Positions 25,433 to 37,576 of a stretch of DNA of 64,000 nucleotides are shown one piece after another. Numbering within the stretch: position 1 is the first letter of the stretch; every line of letters begins with the position of its first letter. The position numbers and the translations under genes are program-made. The DNA comes from Vicugna vicugna. Lineage: Eukaryota. The stretch covers positions 3,534,909-3,598,908 of the forward strand of contig MU057560.1 of NCBI GenBank assembly GCA_013265495.1, read 5' to 3'. The notes below the pieces were generated by a model. The model was not told the origin of the DNA and searched no databases. It was given only the letters and a program-made list of their open reading frames with translations.

Positions 25433-25479
25433 CTGCAACACAAAACACACAAGTGCACCTTCAAGTTCCAGTGCGGTAC

Positions 25480-25593
25480 CTGCCGGGCCACGTGGTTCAT
25501 TGGGACCCCGTGCTTCTTCAAGCAAGCCTGCCCCCGGTGATCAGGAGGGTTTCCTATTTCATATGTGGACGTCGCCGCACTGTCTATCCTCCA
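25480..25593 (-). CDS. ACP1: ACP1 alternative exon 3F (fast isoform)
   Basis: [38 protein letters not shown]; 114 nt, CTGCAG|...|GTACCG. Confidence 0.96.
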
Positions 25594-25678
25594 CTGCAGG
25601 AGAAAAGAGAACTTTTTCACAATTTCCTGCCCCAGAGACATTCAGGTCGGCCTCTTTAAGACAGTGAAAAGTACTTAC

Positions 25679-25752
25679 CTTATCTGAAACGTTTTGATCA
25701 GTTACAAGTTTCCTGAAAACCGCTTCCGCGATGGGTGATCGACAAATGTTAC
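25679..25752 (-). CDS. ACP1: ACP1 exon 2 (completes the CLGNICRS P-loop)
   Basis: (G)[30 protein letters not shown]|...|GTAAGT, 74 nt. Confidence 0.97.
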
Positions 25753-26169
25753 CTTAAAAAGGGGGGACAGGGGCAGAGAGTGAGCGTCAGGTCTGAGGGA
25801 AGGGCAGTGCTGAGTCCACACACCCGAGGACAGCGAGGGAAGTGAGGCAAACACTCTTCTTGGAGGTGACGGTCCTGCCAGGCATAGTGGACCTGGGAAC
25901 AGGTGACTAAACTTTGCTCAGCGGTTTCACACCCACTGTCCAAGCACTCCAAGTACAAATGACAGAGACTTCAAACAAGTACAACCAAAGCTGTTGTTTC
26001 TCAGGTTGCCTCACTGACCCAGAAGTGAGTCATGAAATCCATGAAGTGGACTGCAGCCAGTCCATTTTAAAATGCAATACAACAAAAAAGACTTAAAAAT
26101 ATGTTTTCTCATGTATACGGCACATAATAAAGATGAATATTGTTTCATAAAATACACAAGCAAATGCAC

Positions 26170-26875
26170 TGAGGCAGAACAGTAGTCCTTCTACACAAAC
26201 TTCTACCACATGATCTGCACGAAGCCCCTGCTTGAGTGCTGTGGACCCAGGAGTCAGCCAGCTGGGGCAGGGACGGTCCTCCAGGCTGTCCAATCTGCCC
26301 AGAACTTATATCATCGGCTGCAATTTCACGGAGCCCCAGGGCCCTCCTCACTTCAAACCAGCTGGCCACAAATGCGGGGGTCCTCACAGGATCAACAGTT
26401 CTCTAGAAGGACTGCAGAACCCAGGAAAGTGCTATGTTTATGATCATAGCTTTATTATTACAAAAATATACAGAGCAGAACCTGCCAAAGTTAAAGAGCG
26501 TGCAAAGATTCTAGAAGAGTTCCAAACATGGAACTCTCTGGTCCTCAGGGACACGTCACCCTCCCATCACCCATGTGTGAGCACACTCAGAGCCCTGCAA
26601 TCCAGAATGCCACTGAAGCACCAGTGCCAGGGCTCCTGGGATTTCATAAGTAAGCACAAGTGACTGAGGTCAGTGTCCAGCCCCTTCTCTCCCGTGGGTG
26701 GCTCACGGCCCCCACCCAGGTTACCTCCTCGGCACACACCAGGTAGGGCCTCCCCTGAGCACCCAGATACTCCTGCTGCTCCAAGGGAGTTCCAAGGGGT
26801 TCGGAGGTCAGCTCCCAGAAGCCAGGACAAAGGCCCGAGCTTCCACCTGATGGGGCCAAGCTCCTTACTACACAG
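26170..26875 (-). mobile_element. Solo LTR, MER21-like
   Basis: Reverse complement starts TGTGTAGTAAGGAGCTTGGCCCC...TTTGTCCTGGCTTCTGGGAG...CCCCTTGGAA, resembling MER21 LTRs; minus-strand AATAAA near 26451. From recall. Confidence 0.55.
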
Positions 26876-29639
26876 GGAAAAAGATATAAAGACATAAAGT
26901 CTTCTCTCAAAATATTTCCACCACAAGCAATGCATTTACGGGAGACATGGAGTCAGCTATCATAAAAACAAGGAAATAAATGCTGACAGACAAGCAATAT
27001 TCTATAGGAACACAGGACAAGCACAAAGAAGATAATAAGAAAATTTCCTATAAGGGAAAAAGAAAGAATGGTTAAGGCTGATCTTTAAAGGGTTAAGAGG
27101 ACCTTATCAGTCAGAGCCAGGGAAAAGGCATTAAAACCTGGGCGGGACTGTATGAACACATGGGCGAGGCTGCTTCGGGTGGAGATCGAGTGAGTGGGAG
27201 CCGTGGGCCCACGATGTGGGCTTAGCACCCACAGCGGGAAGAAGCAGAAGGTCTGGGGAGGAGAAGTAACGGGATTCCCTTCACACACATATTCTGCACA
27301 CCTGCTACTGTGCACGGCACCAGAGCTGATCAAGGCACAAGTGAGGAAAATGACTGCAAGGCCGAGGAAACATTAAGACTTGAGACTAGAGGTGGACAGC
27401 CGGCCTCCCTCCAAGGCCGCAGAGGGAGGCCACAGACAGGACAGGACTCGGGAGGTGGTACCCGGAAGTGAGGGGAGGGAGCCTGGGACCCGCGGCCCAG
27501 GGGACAGACCTCACTCTCCTGACATCAGAATCTTCTGGTTCATGACACACACGTGGAATCTGGATTTTCTGAGGTGCTGTTAAACACGACTAATTCCCTA
27601 CTGCAAGGAAAACAGCTTCAGTCTGATGTTCTTCAGTTTCTACACTATCCTGGTCTGATGATGCACTTATTATAAAGCACATCCTTCCCACAGAGACTGG
27701 TTTCCCTCAGCTGCCCAACCATGAAAGGAATTACATGCCCTCTGTAAGCTGGTTTGTGCTGTGAAGCCTTCCTTTTCCACATTCTAATTCTGTTAGTTTG
27801 TAAGTCAGGTACTATCACCACTACTTTGATTAATCAGTCTTCCTACAGATGCGTGGTCACTATACTTGTCACCGTATGTCCAGGGCTACCTCGAACAGCA
27901 CTCTATTCCAAATTAAGCCAGTTTTTATTATTTGGAACTGCAGAGTAGTAGATGCCTAATATCTCAGCATCTAAAGATACAATAAAAAGACTAGCTTCAC
28001 CCCTTACAAATAGTTATTAAGTATAATACAAACGCATTCCCATAACAAAACAAAAATTTGGACTATTTACTGCCTTAAAGTTCAGGCATGTTCATCCACA
28101 CTTACTTTTTTCCTAGACAGTCATATTTACAGCAAGAAGATGTGTGATAAGGGTACGGAAGAGATTACTACTACAAAGATTAGAGATAAAGATAAAAGAT
28201 TATACTATCTATAAGATCAAAAGATAAGAAACCCTGCCTGCTTGTAACTGGACCTCTTGATTTCAAAAGCTGACATCACCAAATTAATGTGTTATTTTAA
28301 AACAGGGCACATCCATAAAAGACAATACTGCAGGTTTCCCCAATGGAGAAGTTCTAAAAACTTAAATGTCACCTTCAGATTTCTTTAGGAAAAAGATTCA
28401 ATCTGAGAAGCCTCAAGTTTGTTTTTTTCCGAATTAATACATGGTCTTAGTCACCACCTTCATCTCAAGGAAGGAAATTCTCCAAGGGTATGGCTCTGTC
28501 TGTCCCACCCAGCACAGCACCTGACGCCCAGACCAGCACACATAACACTCTCAGGTACTGAGTAACCAGAGGAAAAAGGTCATCTGACACCACTGACACA
28601 GCATTTTCTCCAAGCAGGCTGGCTGTGCCACAACTAACAACACACGTTCTCCAGTCCGTCTCTTATCTCCAAAAACTTAAAACACTCTTAATAATCTTGC
28701 CAAAATAAGGGGCAGTTCCTTCTCTCCTGCCATTACCCTCACCAACAGAATACATCTGACACCTGCCTGCACTTCAGTCTGAAAAACGTCCAAATAAATG
28801 CTTTGAAGGAATAAAACTTTTACATTTCATAAATACACTGTTCTTACTGCCCAGCACACTGGCTACCACCTGAAATGTCACACAGCGACTTCCTCAGTCT
28901 CCCCAGGACCACATCTCACCGCCTCCACCAGCGAGACTCTGGTCCAACACACAGGCTCTCTCTTCAGGCTGGTCTCCCTCCTCGCCCCTCCTCAGTCTTA
29001 TCTCAACACAACAGCTGAACGCTTCTGTTTAACCCCCCCACCTCTTCTCAAAATCCTCCAGTGGCTTAACTGGTTCTAAGTGAGCCCAAGTTCTCACATG
29101 GCCTCACCGGATCTGCCCTCCGAAGGCCCTAAACTTGGGTCCAAGACAAGGGCTCACTACCACCACCTCTGAGTACAGTTCTCAATGCTAAAAATAACTT
29201 ACATTTTTAGGATCAACTGAAAAAACTCAAAAGTAGAATATCTTGTGACATGAGAAAATTATATGGAATTCAAATCCCGGGGTCCATAAATAAACGATTA
29301 CAGCCCAGCATAAGTACTGGCTAAGCTGCTTTAGCACCACACCCTTTGTACGACCTGCAGAGCACAAAATACTTGTCCTCTGGCTTTCACATAAAGAGTC
29401 TGTGGACTCCGGCCCCAGAACAGTCACTGTGTGTGAGGAAGTAACTTCTCTCTGCACCAAGAGCGGTGTGACATGCACCCGCTGGGCACCAAGAAAACAG
29501 TCCCTCACATTATCTCCGAGTCCTCAGGTACAGAGGAGGGTCTGAGAAGGTACCAGGTCACAGGCTCAGCTCTGTGGCTTCCCTGCCAGTTCTCCAACAC
29601 GGCCAGCACTCTCACTCCAGAACCTTTCACCTGCTTTCC

Positions 29640-30070
29640 TCGGGGTCAAGGACACTTTTCCAAAGTACCCTATGCCTGCTTCCTCATCGCTACCAAGCCT
29701 TTGTTCAAATGTCACCTTTTCAGTAAGGCCCTCTCTGAATACTCTGCTTAAAACTGCACTCCACTGCCACCCCCTTGTCTTGCCTTAATTGTCCTTAATA
29801 CAATCCACCTGAGGGATTCCAGGCAGGTGTGATGGAAAGAACCCTGGCTTGGAGGGAAAGGGGTGCAGCCGCGAGGCACCCAGGCTTGGAGAAGGAGGTC
29901 GGGCTTGCACAGAGGCTGGGCAGGTGACAGAGTAACCAAGCACATGACTGCTGACAGAACGTGGGCTCGAGAGAGGCAGGGATTTCTGTCACTAGTGTAT
30001 CCCCACACCCAGAACAGTGCCTGGTAAACGGTAGTTGCTTTAAAAAAAAAAAACTGTATTGAAGATAAAT
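29640..30070 (+). mobile_element. L2 3'-end remnant, interrupted by a 120-bp locally duplicated segment
   Basis: ...TCAAATGTCACCTTTTCAGTAAGGCCCTCTCTGA... and ...GAGAGGCAGGGATTTCTGTC...CCCAGAACAGTGCCTGG... are L2-like 3' phrases. Confidence 0.6.
29811..29930 (+). repeat. Copy A of a 120-bp direct repeat (copy B at 31242-31378)
   Basis: Near-identical GAGGGATTCCAGGCAGGTGTGATGGAAAGAACCCTGGCTTGGAG...GGCTGGGCAGGTGACAG at both sites. Confidence 0.95.
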
Positions 30071-31241
30071 ACTTCCACAAATACATACCAGCAAACGTTC
30101 CTCATGAAGAGCTGCCACGGTGCAGTGTCAGCCTAACCACCAATTCTAAGAGAAATAAACAGGGCCACGGAATTCTACTAGACGCCCAAACTGACCCGAA
30201 CTGCCCTTTGGTAACTCTGTTGATTCCATCAGCCAGCCTTCAATGGAGAGCTTAAAAAACAAATGATGCCCACTGTCAAAGGGAAACAAGGAGGCTTTCC
30301 ACTTGTCCCTTCACAGAAATTCAACGCAAATACCTAGTGATTATCGTATTTGTCCTAAAGCTGGAAATACAAAGGAAGATAGGCCCTCAAGAGGGCTAAA
30401 TCTAGCTATGATCTCAAGAGGGTATCAAGTAATTACAATAAAACTTGTGTGAGGAAAGGTGTCTATGAAAGGTCATAGGAACAACTACCTCCACCTGCAG
30501 GATCAGGGAAAACTGAAAAAGGGAATACTCCGGCCTGACCTTCTAGAAAAGCTTTCCAGGCAAAATGCAACATGGGCTCCTGGGCGCCCAGGAAGCAGCA
30601 CACAACGGAAGGCACAACAAGCATCTCACGTGCTGGGGGGCAGGTGCCCCAGAGGGCATGGGTGGGGAACGAACAAGGCGATAAAGTGGGAGAGGCCGGG
30701 TGGACTTCTGTGGTCTTCTTGAAGGGTACACCTAAAAGGGGGCAGAAATGCAAGTCTGCAGGAAATGCAGGCTCATCTGAAGATTTTTCAGTCACTGGAC
30801 TAGTGACCATCTAGGCCTTCCTCCCTAGGGAATTAACTACAGCCCTGTGGTGCTCTAACAAGGGAAGAATCCCACAAGCTAAAGGGAACGTGAACTCTGT
30901 TTTAAGTAAGGGAGGCTAACTGTTGAAATCTTAAAAACGAAAATAATTCTGAGCTGGAAGGTACCTAAAGAATTAAAGATAAAGAATATCTTCATTTTCA
31001 TGTAGAGGAATGGAACATGGGGCTGTTACACAGCGACCTGGGGAACCAGATCTCCGTGGTGTGGCTTTTACCACCAAGAAATCCTGAACGCTGCGATCCA
31101 TCTACCTTTGGTTCAGATCCCTTTCTGGACATAGGCCAAGGAAAGCCGGCAAACCGGTGTCGGCATGGATGTCAGAGCATCAGGAGGCCCCCAAGACACA
31201 GATCAGTCCAGCGGCCTCGGGCCTACCTGATGCAGGGGAAG

Positions 31242-31378
31242 GAGGGATTCCAGGCAGGTGTGATGGAAAGAACCCTGGCTTGGAGTGAAAGGGCTGCAGG
31301 CGCGAGGCACCCAGGCTTGGAGAAGGGGCTGTGCAGAAGCTAGAGATCGGGCTTGCACAGAGGCTGGGCAGGTGACAG
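31242..31378 (+). repeat. Copy B of the direct repeat (17 nt longer)
   Basis: Same sequence as 29811-29930 plus GGCTGTGCAGAAGCTAG. Confidence 0.95.
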
Positions 31379-31593
31379 GGGATCCGACTTGGAGACGGGA
31401 CTAAGCAGGTGAGAGGGACCCCGCCTGCAGAGCCGCCCGGGAAGGTGCGCGGCGCCGCATCCCGCCCTTCAGTCTCCCGTCCCCGGCCTCCTCCGGATCA
31501 CCGTTCCCGGCCCAGCGGCGCGGCCCAGAGCGCACAAGGGACCCCCGAGCCCTCCCGGAAAGTCAGAGGGGCTAGAGAATAGCGCCGTCTCAC

Positions 31594-31636
31594 CCAGACA
31601 CACGAACAGCACAGACTTGGTCACCTGCTCGGCCAT
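31594..31636 (-). CDS. ACP1: ACP1 exon 1 (low molecular weight protein tyrosine phosphatase)
   Basis: MAEQVTKSVLFVCL(G); AAGATGG Kozak; donor G|GTGAG; 43 nt; total CDS 477 nt = 158 aa. Confidence 0.97.
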
Positions 31637-32439
31637 CTTCCCGCGCGCACACAGGCGCCCACTGACGGCGTCCGGACGTTTCCGGCGGGCGCACGCGCAC
31701 GGCGAGCAGCCCGCCCAGCGCCTGCGCAATCCAGCCCCAGCCCCGCCCGGAGCGAGAGAGCGGCCCCGCGCCTGCGCAGTCCTGCCTCAGCCCGGCGGGT
31801 AGGAGGCGGAGCAGAGAGCCAGGGGCGGGACCGCGGGGAGGGGCGGGGCAGGGGCGGGGCCGAGAGCCACCTGGGAGGGTGGGGCCCGGTTGGGGCGGGC
31901 TCGGGTCACGCGGCTCCGCGGAGTCACGACCTCAGAGCCGGGGCTGCGTAGCCCCGAGCCCAGAGGGTGTGGGGGCCACAGACAGAAGCCGGAAGGGCGG
32001 GGGATGATCGGACCCGAGGGGCCTCGGAGAGTAGAGGGGCCAGTGCTGGGGTTCAGGTGAGCGCCGCTCACCTGGGCCGCACGGCCGAACGTGAGGCGGG
32101 CGACCCGGGGTGAGCGGGGTCCTCACGTGACCAGACGCAGCTCCCAGGACCCCGAGACCCCCGCCCCCAGTCCCGAGTCGGAACTGCCGCGCACCTGCCG
32201 CTCCGCAGCAGCGTGGCCGCGGGCTGCGCGGTCGTCCTTCACGGGAGGCTTCGGAGCTCGGGGACCAGTGAGGAGAGCGCACACCTTCCCTCGCTGCAGT
32301 TTTTGTCCTGTGAATGTGTATAAAGCAGGTACCTTGCCCTGAACGAGAGCCGGTGTTTACGTGCTCTTCACCTGTCTCAGGTGTGCACCTCGCTAGACCG
32401 GTCCCTGCCCTGGGAGGCGGAGCCGGGCGGGGAGCGCCC

Positions 32440-32505
32440 TTCCTCTTCCTGGGTAAGTGTCCGCAGCTCGAGGGGCGCCGGAGCGGACCAGGCTCGGGAT
32501 CACAA
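32440..32505 (+). other. SH3YL1: SH3YL1 exon 1 (5'UTR plus the A of the start codon; 5' boundary uncertain)
   Basis: Donor CACAA|GTGAGT at 32505/32506; joining to exon 2 (TG AAT AAC...) creates ATG with A at -3. Confidence 0.75.
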
Positions 32506-35500
32506 GTGAGTACAGGTGTCGGTGACGCCGCTGAACCTCACCTGGGATCGGGAACCTCCCCCTCACCGCCGCCTTACCCTTTAAAAAAGCTTTGCTAGGG
32601 TAAATCTTTGGTGAAAGAGGGAGGAACGATGTCTTTGGGATTTTAGCTGTTGCGCATGTAGCACCTGCAGACTGTCAAAAGTTAGGAGGAACCAACTCCC
32701 TGGACGCTCCACAATGCGGCTGCAATTCAAGTTTAGACCCAGTCGACTCAGTTCACAGAAAAGCCCTTCCCAAGTTTTTATTTTAATGATTGTAATGAAT
32801 TTTATGTTATTTGTAAATATGTAATATTTGAAAAGCCAGCGTTAGTTACTGTCTTTTCCGTCCCCATTGGTTTCCATAGAGGACAGTCTGGACCTTTGTC
32901 AGACGGTTGGGTTGGGTGCGCCTGGCCCCTGGGGCAGGAGTTAGAGCCTGGCCATCTCTCCTTGGCCTCACCTAAGTGGAAGGGCCAGGCGTCCACCGCT
33001 CACCTGGAGCTGCCTGCTATCGGCCACAGTGTGAGGGAACCTCTTGGGGCAGAGCGGCTGCCTGCCTGGCCCTGTGAACCCTGGACCCTGGATCTCATTG
33101 CTATGATGGTTTTCCTTGTTTAAGGAAATGTGAAACTGCTCTGAATTGGTAGAGGGCCATAAGGTAGTGAGATTTACCCTGCTAGCTGGAAATGTGTCAT
33201 TTTCACTTTATTTCAACAAATACTTTAGTGTCACCACTGCTGCTGCCAAGGCTGAGCTGGAGAGCATGACACAGACATGGGACCCCTGCCGCTGAAGAGT
33301 AGGAATCTGATGGCCCCAGAATGATCAACCAAAGGGGAAAAGGTTTTCAGGTTTTCTTCTGCATATAGAACCTACATGTCCTGCATTCTTGTCCTCATGA
33401 GAGCTTTTATTGAGATGTGGGAAACGCCTGAGATAATAATGGGTTAGTCAGAAAATCTGTACACACGCATCTCAGAGAAATAACAGGTCTCCAAGGTGCT
33501 GTTTAGTCTTTGGTGTGTCCTGCTACTGGCACACCCGTGGAGGCTGAAATAAGTTAGAACGTCCATCCTGTTTATCATGCTTAAATTAAGTAGAATTGGT
33601 TATCTGGTTTACAAATGTTCTATTTAAATGAGTTACTACTATCCCTGACCTTTTGTCAGGGTAAAAAAAATTATTTGAAGGAAATATTTGCTCACCAAGA
33701 GCGATTTGATGCATTTCTTCCGCTTAGGTACTTTTCTCAGGGGACTTCTCACTGTTTAGAAATAAGGATGTGGTGTTTGGAAAGAAGAGAACGGTGCTAT
33801 GCTGGCGGGGGAGGCAGGTATTGCTGCTGTCCTGATTGACCGGTGGCCACAGAAGTCCTTCTGCACATTGCCTTATTTGCAAGTGTATCATGATAAGACA
33901 CCATCCTGTGCAGTTTATAACCCAAGCACAGGGAATTTTTTATTTTCTTTGAGAAGAGTCCATTTACCACACCGAATGACCAGACCAGAGTGACATGTGT
34001 GGTCCTGCTCTGAACCAGGATCACTCTGCGATTTGGGAAAAGGTAGAGCGAGTGTAAGTCAAAGCTTTCCATATGCTGGAAGCTATGTTTCTTGTCACTC
34101 TGTGGGCTTGGTCCCTATCCAAAGCCTGAGGTCAAAGGAACAAGAAAAGAGGCACAGTCCACACTCATGTCTGGGGTTCAAATGGTCTGTTTGGTTTGCG
34201 ATTTGGATTAGAAGTTTAATGATTTAATCAGAGAGAAAGGTTTGATTTCTACAACTGACAAGCTTTGTCTCCTTAAGACAAAGGAAGTAGTTAAACCCAG
34301 GCCACAGAAAGAATTGGTTTAAGAAACAATGGCCATTGTTATCCAGCAGTAGTGTCTAAGATGATAATGTTCTAATAAAGCCGAAGGCAATATTTCAAAG
34401 GCTTTTAAAAGATTGCATAGATATGTAAAGTTTGTTTTGGCTAAGGCTTAGAGCCAAAATAAAAACCTGTAACAATTTCCTTTAAGGAGCCCTCTCATAG
34501 TTGAGTCCATTGAGGAAAATAGCAGATGCAATTGCTTGCTGATGGGAGTGAAGTGCGAGAAGCCCTGAACTGTGTGAGGATGAGCTGTCGGCAGGGACTT
34601 TGCTCTCCTTGCTTTCATCCCAGGCCCTGGGAGCCTGGATTGGAGACTGGTCAGTTTTCTCATCCCAGGTGGCAGTTTACTCTGAGTCTACTGGTGCTAT
34701 TGCCCCCAGTGGCCCCAGCCCTGAGTTTATTGCCCTGTGATCAATATGGAAATTATTTCCACATCTTAAGCTCATGTGAAGCTTTTGAGGTTTCTAAAGT
34801 AAAACATGTCTCCCCGGTATTTTATAAACTTCATTAAGGAAAAAAGCCTTAGTATGGAAATTTTCAAACATTTAGTTACTTTTTAAAGAAAACTTTACAT
34901 CTCTTCTTGGCTTGAGGTTTGGCAATTATTCTTCTCTTAGGAGGAAACTCAAATATTTATAGATAATTTGCTTTGCCTTGGAAGTCAAGAGACTTAAGAC
35001 TTAGGAATGTTCAGATGCAAACTATGACTTAGTAGTGACCTGTATTTTCATAATTTCAGCAATATGATGATACCCACGTTCTGCTCAGACCACGCTCATC
35101 CTGCCTTGTGGTACAGCAGAGGGAACGTGGGCAATGCCAGGGACAGAAACTGAGTTTAGCTCTAAATCATTATTATTGTCTGTTGGCTCTGACAGAAATT
35201 CTCTATGCACAACTACAACCAGGCAATATGCTTTTATCAGGTATTGAATAGGATCTGTACTATCCAAAGGAGCCAAGCTCTTCTGGAGTTCAGCTGAACA
35301 TGAAGGTATCCTCACCACCAGCAGCCTTGAGATACCCTGTTCCCAGGGACACAGGACCACGTCTGGAACTCAGTCTTGTGCTGGAGCTCCATGGTCTGCA
35401 GGCATCCTAGGCTGCATCTGAATTCCAGTCCTGTTGCTTTCCTGCCCATGTTTACGAAAGAGGCCATGACCTTCCCAACACAGGATGTTTGCAGTAGCAG

Positions 35501-36885
35501 CTCTCAACTGAGGAATTTGCTTATTTGACTGTTTTACTGCTGGTTGGTTGATAGAGTTCGAAGTAGAAAGTCTTTTGGGGGTAAGATTTATGCATTATTT
35601 ACTATGCTTTAGTTGCATGCATCAGAAAATCTGATCCAAATTGGCTTTGGTGGATGAGGATTTTACTGGCCCATGTGACTGAGCAGCCCAGAGCTACCTC
35701 TGGCTTTGATGGTGGCCCAGCCCTGGGCTGAAGCAGAGCCCTCCTCATCTGCTCCTCTGCATGGCTCCACCCTCAGGCTCTCCCCTATGGTGATAGAATC
35801 TTGCAGCAAGTCCCAACACAAGTGCTTTGAAGGAGACAGTTCAGCAGCTCAGATGCTGATGTGGGTCAGTTCCAGCTGGTTCTGTAGCAGAGCACCTGCC
35901 CCACACCAGGTGCAGCACGGATGGGAACAGGCCAGCTGTGCTGGTTCTGAAATAAAACTCAGCAGCAGAAGGACCAGATTTCCACTGCAGTTTGTTGGTG
36001 CCCATCAGTGAGCGATATTGAGCGTCTGGACATGTACACGAAGCACTGCGGGGGCACCGCTCAGAGAGGCCCTGCTTCTGGCCTGCGGGGACTGCAGCTG
36101 AGTGGTGGGCATGTGTGAGGATGAATCTCAGATCACAGACTTAGGTGCCAGAAATGTAGATGTGTTCTTATGAGCCCTTGTTTTCAATCTTGTTTTGGGG
36201 GGTTGTTGAGAAGAGGTGTCAGGCCTGTGCCATCTCTGCCCACTCAGACTTCCTGTTGGTCTTCAGTCAGCGTTAATTCTGAAGCATGCCCTTGTTGCAG
36301 GCACATGGCCCTGACACTCCAGCTCTGATGGAACAACCTGCAAGCCAGGCCACTGGCTCTCCTGGGCCTTCTGGGCCAAAGGGGACTCAGAGGTGGACCC
36401 CCACTTGGCAGCTGCAGGAGGCTTCTTGGGTTATTCTGCTTGTTGGCCTCATTGCACTCAGAGCTTCTTAGCTTTTGTTTTGTTTGGGTTTTGTCCTCCC
36501 TTTCCTGGGAGGTCCTAGAAGGACTAACTCTGGGCACTATACCATCAACTGGAGCTTCGCTTCCCAGTGACCCTCCTCTCCCTCAGGGTCTAGGAAACAT
36601 TACAGAGTTGGAGAGGCAAGCAAATATTGCTCTTACTTAGCACACATGCTTCCAAACCCCCTGGATTTTCTGTATACATAAGCCTTTCCTACTCCTCACA
36701 GGGATTTGACCTTTAATTCCAAAAAGCCATACAAGTACTATTTATCCACTTAACAGGTGTTTTATTGGACACTTTCTATATGTCATTATAGTATGTGTTG
36801 GCGATATTACAGTTAATTAAATAGTCAGTGTGCTTAACCTCATAGCACTCATGTTCTAGAGGGAGAGATGAGATTAGAAAGATTA

Positions 36886-36930
36886 GGTAGGTAGGTAGAT
36901 AGATAGATAGATAGATAGATAGGCAGGCAG
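36886..36930. repeat. (TAGG)n(TAGA)n(CAGG)n tetranucleotide microsatellite
   Basis: Directly visible. Confidence 0.9.
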
Positions 36931-37576
36931 CAAGACAGATGACCATGGTACAAACTAAATATGATGAAAAATGTTTGAGGGATGTTAGCAGTGGAGTAAT
37001 ATTATCTGAGATATTACATAGAGCATTTCTTTGGAGAATGACCATAGGTGATCAAGACTAGGAACAGAGAAACCGCACAGGAGTCTGTTGAACAGAAACC
37101 ACTGTTATTCTGTGGGCCAGGATGGTAGCAGGGGAGGAGGTGAGGAGTAGTCAGTTCCAAGCCCACTGAAGGTTGATGTTCTGATAGGGCATGCCGATGG
37201 ATTGGCACTGGGTATGAGAGAACTAGAGAAGTCATAGCTAGCCCAGGTTCTGAGTGTGAGCTGGAGAGGAAGCTTGGGGAGCAGGCTGGGGAGGTGGTCT
37301 GGCACCACAGTTAAGTGTAAATGTGTTTGACTTGAGTTGCGTACTTGATACTTGATACCAAGTTCCAGTAGGTAAGTGATACTGTAAGTCTCACATTTAG
37401 GGGAAGGTTAAAGGCTAGATAAAACCTATAGGATTATCAGATATAAATGTGCTTCAAGTCACACCTGAGGTGTGAGTGTAAGCAGAAGAGGGTGGAGCCT
37501 TGGGGAAACTGAGATGACCCTGAAAGGAGGATGAGAAAGAAGGCTGGCCTTCCCTTCTAGGTTCCTTCCTGGAGGT

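Larger units (their letters stand above)
31400..32560. promoter_or_regulatory. Bidirectional CpG-island promoter shared by ACP1 and SH3YL1
   Basis: CpG-rich; NRF1 motifs GCGCCTGCGCA at 31718-31728 and 31768-31778; GC boxes at 31821-31862; ETS CCGGAAG near 31989; YY1-type GCCATCTT over the ACP1 ATG. Confidence 0.9.
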
